Shown here: positions 62,113 to 64,000 of the stretch, in pieces
Numbering within the stretch: position 1 is the stretch's first letter
How the letters are laid out: the number at the start of each line of letters is the position of its first letter
Origin: Rhodosorus marinus CCMP1338
Taxonomy: Eukaryota > Plantae > Rhodophyta
Assembly (NCBI GenBank): GCA_029953675.1
Contig: JAMWBK010000013.1
Coordinates: forward strand, 248,001 to 312,000
Direction of reading: 5' to 3'
DNA length: 64,000 nucleotides
Notes under the pieces: generated by a model
Told to the model about the DNA's origin: nothing
The model's database searches: none
Seen by the model: only the letters and a program-made list of their open reading frames with translations
Translations under genes and position numbers: made by a program

Positions 62113-63331
62113 CTAGTATTTATAAGGACGGGGCTCCGCCTGTGATGTTGGTGTGGTAGTAGTGCCCATCGGCGATCTGCTGGGTGAGGCCCCGGTTTCT
62201 CTCCGAGGTTGGTAGCCAGATGCCGAACCTGAACCGACTTGAGACTGTGTACTGGGATAAACATTCCTGTCTGGGTCAATAGGTCTTCTGTAGGCCCCAC
62301 TAATCTTGCTGAACACCGCCCTCACGACGTCAACGCATCCATTGAGGAGGAAGTCCTTGTTGATCTTCTGCTTGAACGAGACGTGGTTAACGGCGAGGTG
62401 CGCGGAGTCTCTGAGACTTCCACCGATGATAACTCCTTGAGGCGGAAGATCGAGACTTCCAACCGCCTTAACCCGTGAAGTCGTCGACAAGTTGATGCTG
62501 AATTTGTAGTCAAGTCCCGCTGGAGAATCCACAGCGGCGCCGGAACCTCCTCCCACTCTCGCGCGTAGAACATCCCTGGACTTCACTTTGAAAGTAATGA
62601 ACGGTTCATGTCTTCGATAGTTGTATCCCACGCTGTTGGAAGATTGGCAACCAAACGCCAAAGTCCAGTCAGTCGCGTTCAGCTCAGGCTTGGTTGTTGA
62701 ACGCAGTGAGTCTTACCTGAGAACCAGAAGGTTTGTATTCGAGCCGAGAACGCCGAGACTTGCAAATGCCGAGTCCGGGAGTGGAGCACCACGAACTCCT
62801 AGCCTGATGTCGTCAAGCTTGTACTTGATGTAGGACCAAGCTCTGCCTTGGAAAAAGTCGAAGTCAACCCCAACTTTCAAGGCTTCGCGCTTGCTCTTCT
62901 CGTACGGAACTACCCTCAGTTGAAAGAGAGGAGATGCTTTCCAGTGTGAAATGACCGGTAGAATGGGTCGTCCGGAAGACGGACGATCTCCAGGTCGACC
63001 CTGTGCTGAATTGGATGCGTAGGGTGGCGCTTGGTCTTGATAGACCGGAACTTCAGGGTAGAGTGATTGTCCGCCTCCTACAGTGGGCCCCCCGTAAGCA
63101 CCTGTACGAACACGGCGACCAGGGGCTGCAGTTTGAGGATGTACTTCACAAGAAAAGATGAAGGAGGCGGGACGTTTGTTTCAGACTCAACCAAACTCAA
63201 CAGTGAAGCAATTCCAATACATCCAACTCACCAGGAGTATTCCCTCCCCCCCTTATCGGGCGGATCTCTACCCGCTCTCCAGAAACCGGAGCAACCTGAG
63301 GCTCTGCAGGTCTCGATTGATCCTGACCCAT
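62113..63331 (-). CDS. Unknown protein: MGQDQS start, Pro/Gly-rich arm, beta-strand-rich core (3 exons)
   Basis: GT-AG introns join MGQDQSRP..GNTP | ..LKVGVDFDFFQGRAWSYIKYKL.. | VGYNYRRHEPFITFKVK..LDYKFSINL..; stop at 62113. Confidence 0.55.
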
Positions 63332-64000
63332 TCTCTTCAACAATCTTGCCAAAAACAACAGATCCTCCTTGCCTCCTTTTCAAGACCTTTAATTGATTCT
63401 CGTCCCGTACTAATTTCTACTCAACTTTCTCCGAAACGATCGCTTCCCACTTCCTCCCCGGGGGAGAACACAGCATTACCATTTCCATATTCGATCCTTT
63501 TCCAGATCCGTACAAATACCGTTGGAGATATCTCTGAGATACCAGTCCTCTCTAGGGGCTCCGCGTTACAGAGGCGTTTGCGGGCGGGTATGCTATGCGC
63601 TCCTCTGAGGAGACAAAGTAGGTGCATACACGTTGATCATTCTTCCACCTTTCGCATTTTCAATTTCGCCTTTTCCTCACTGTATTGAATTGTCGTGATC
63701 ACTCCTCTTCCGCTCCCGTTTGGGTTTTACGAAACGAGATGCCCTGCTTTCCTGGTAGCTTGGAAATCGGAATACGTGATGTTGCTTTGAGGTATTTAGT
63801 ACCGATCTTCGTCTTTCCCTTGAGGTGAGGTCGCGCGCACACTCAAGACGGACAAGGAAAAGACTTGAGCGTAGTTCTCACCCGTTTTCCAGTTAAATTA
63901 TCAACTATTTAAATATGTTTCTGTGCATTCATGGGATAACAAAACTTAAATCACAGAATTATTAAAAGATAACCACGAAATTATTTTCTTATTATCATAT

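Overview
Compact eukaryotic nuclear DNA: genes are interrupted by short GT-AG introns (mostly about 50-110 nt) and several products carry plastid-type N-terminal extensions. The gene set and intron style suggest a unicellular red alga (inference, not proven). About 20 genes are recognisable: two dCMP deaminase paralogues, FAR1-like zinc finger, YqgF nuclease, CBS protein, PhyH dioxygenase, SZT2-like, tandem-BRCT, FAD oxidase, L7Ae-family, TyrP permease, two double-domain glycosyltransferases, PWI/SRRM1, BAT2_N/MOS1-like, PRPP synthetase, divergent HemF, PEX13-like, GEMIN8-like and an unknown beta-rich protein. Accessory DNA includes a decayed CRE-type non-LTR retrotransposon sitting inside a ~173-bp hairpin-bearing satellite, a fold-back of gypsy integrase fragments, a ~73-bp tandem array, a perfect 40-bp intronic palindrome and a ~290-nt highly structured non-coding segment at 12.4-12.7 kb. 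No CRISPR, rRNA or tRNA was seen. All homology calls come from motifs I recognised by eye, not from database searches, and most multi-exon boundaries are approximate.
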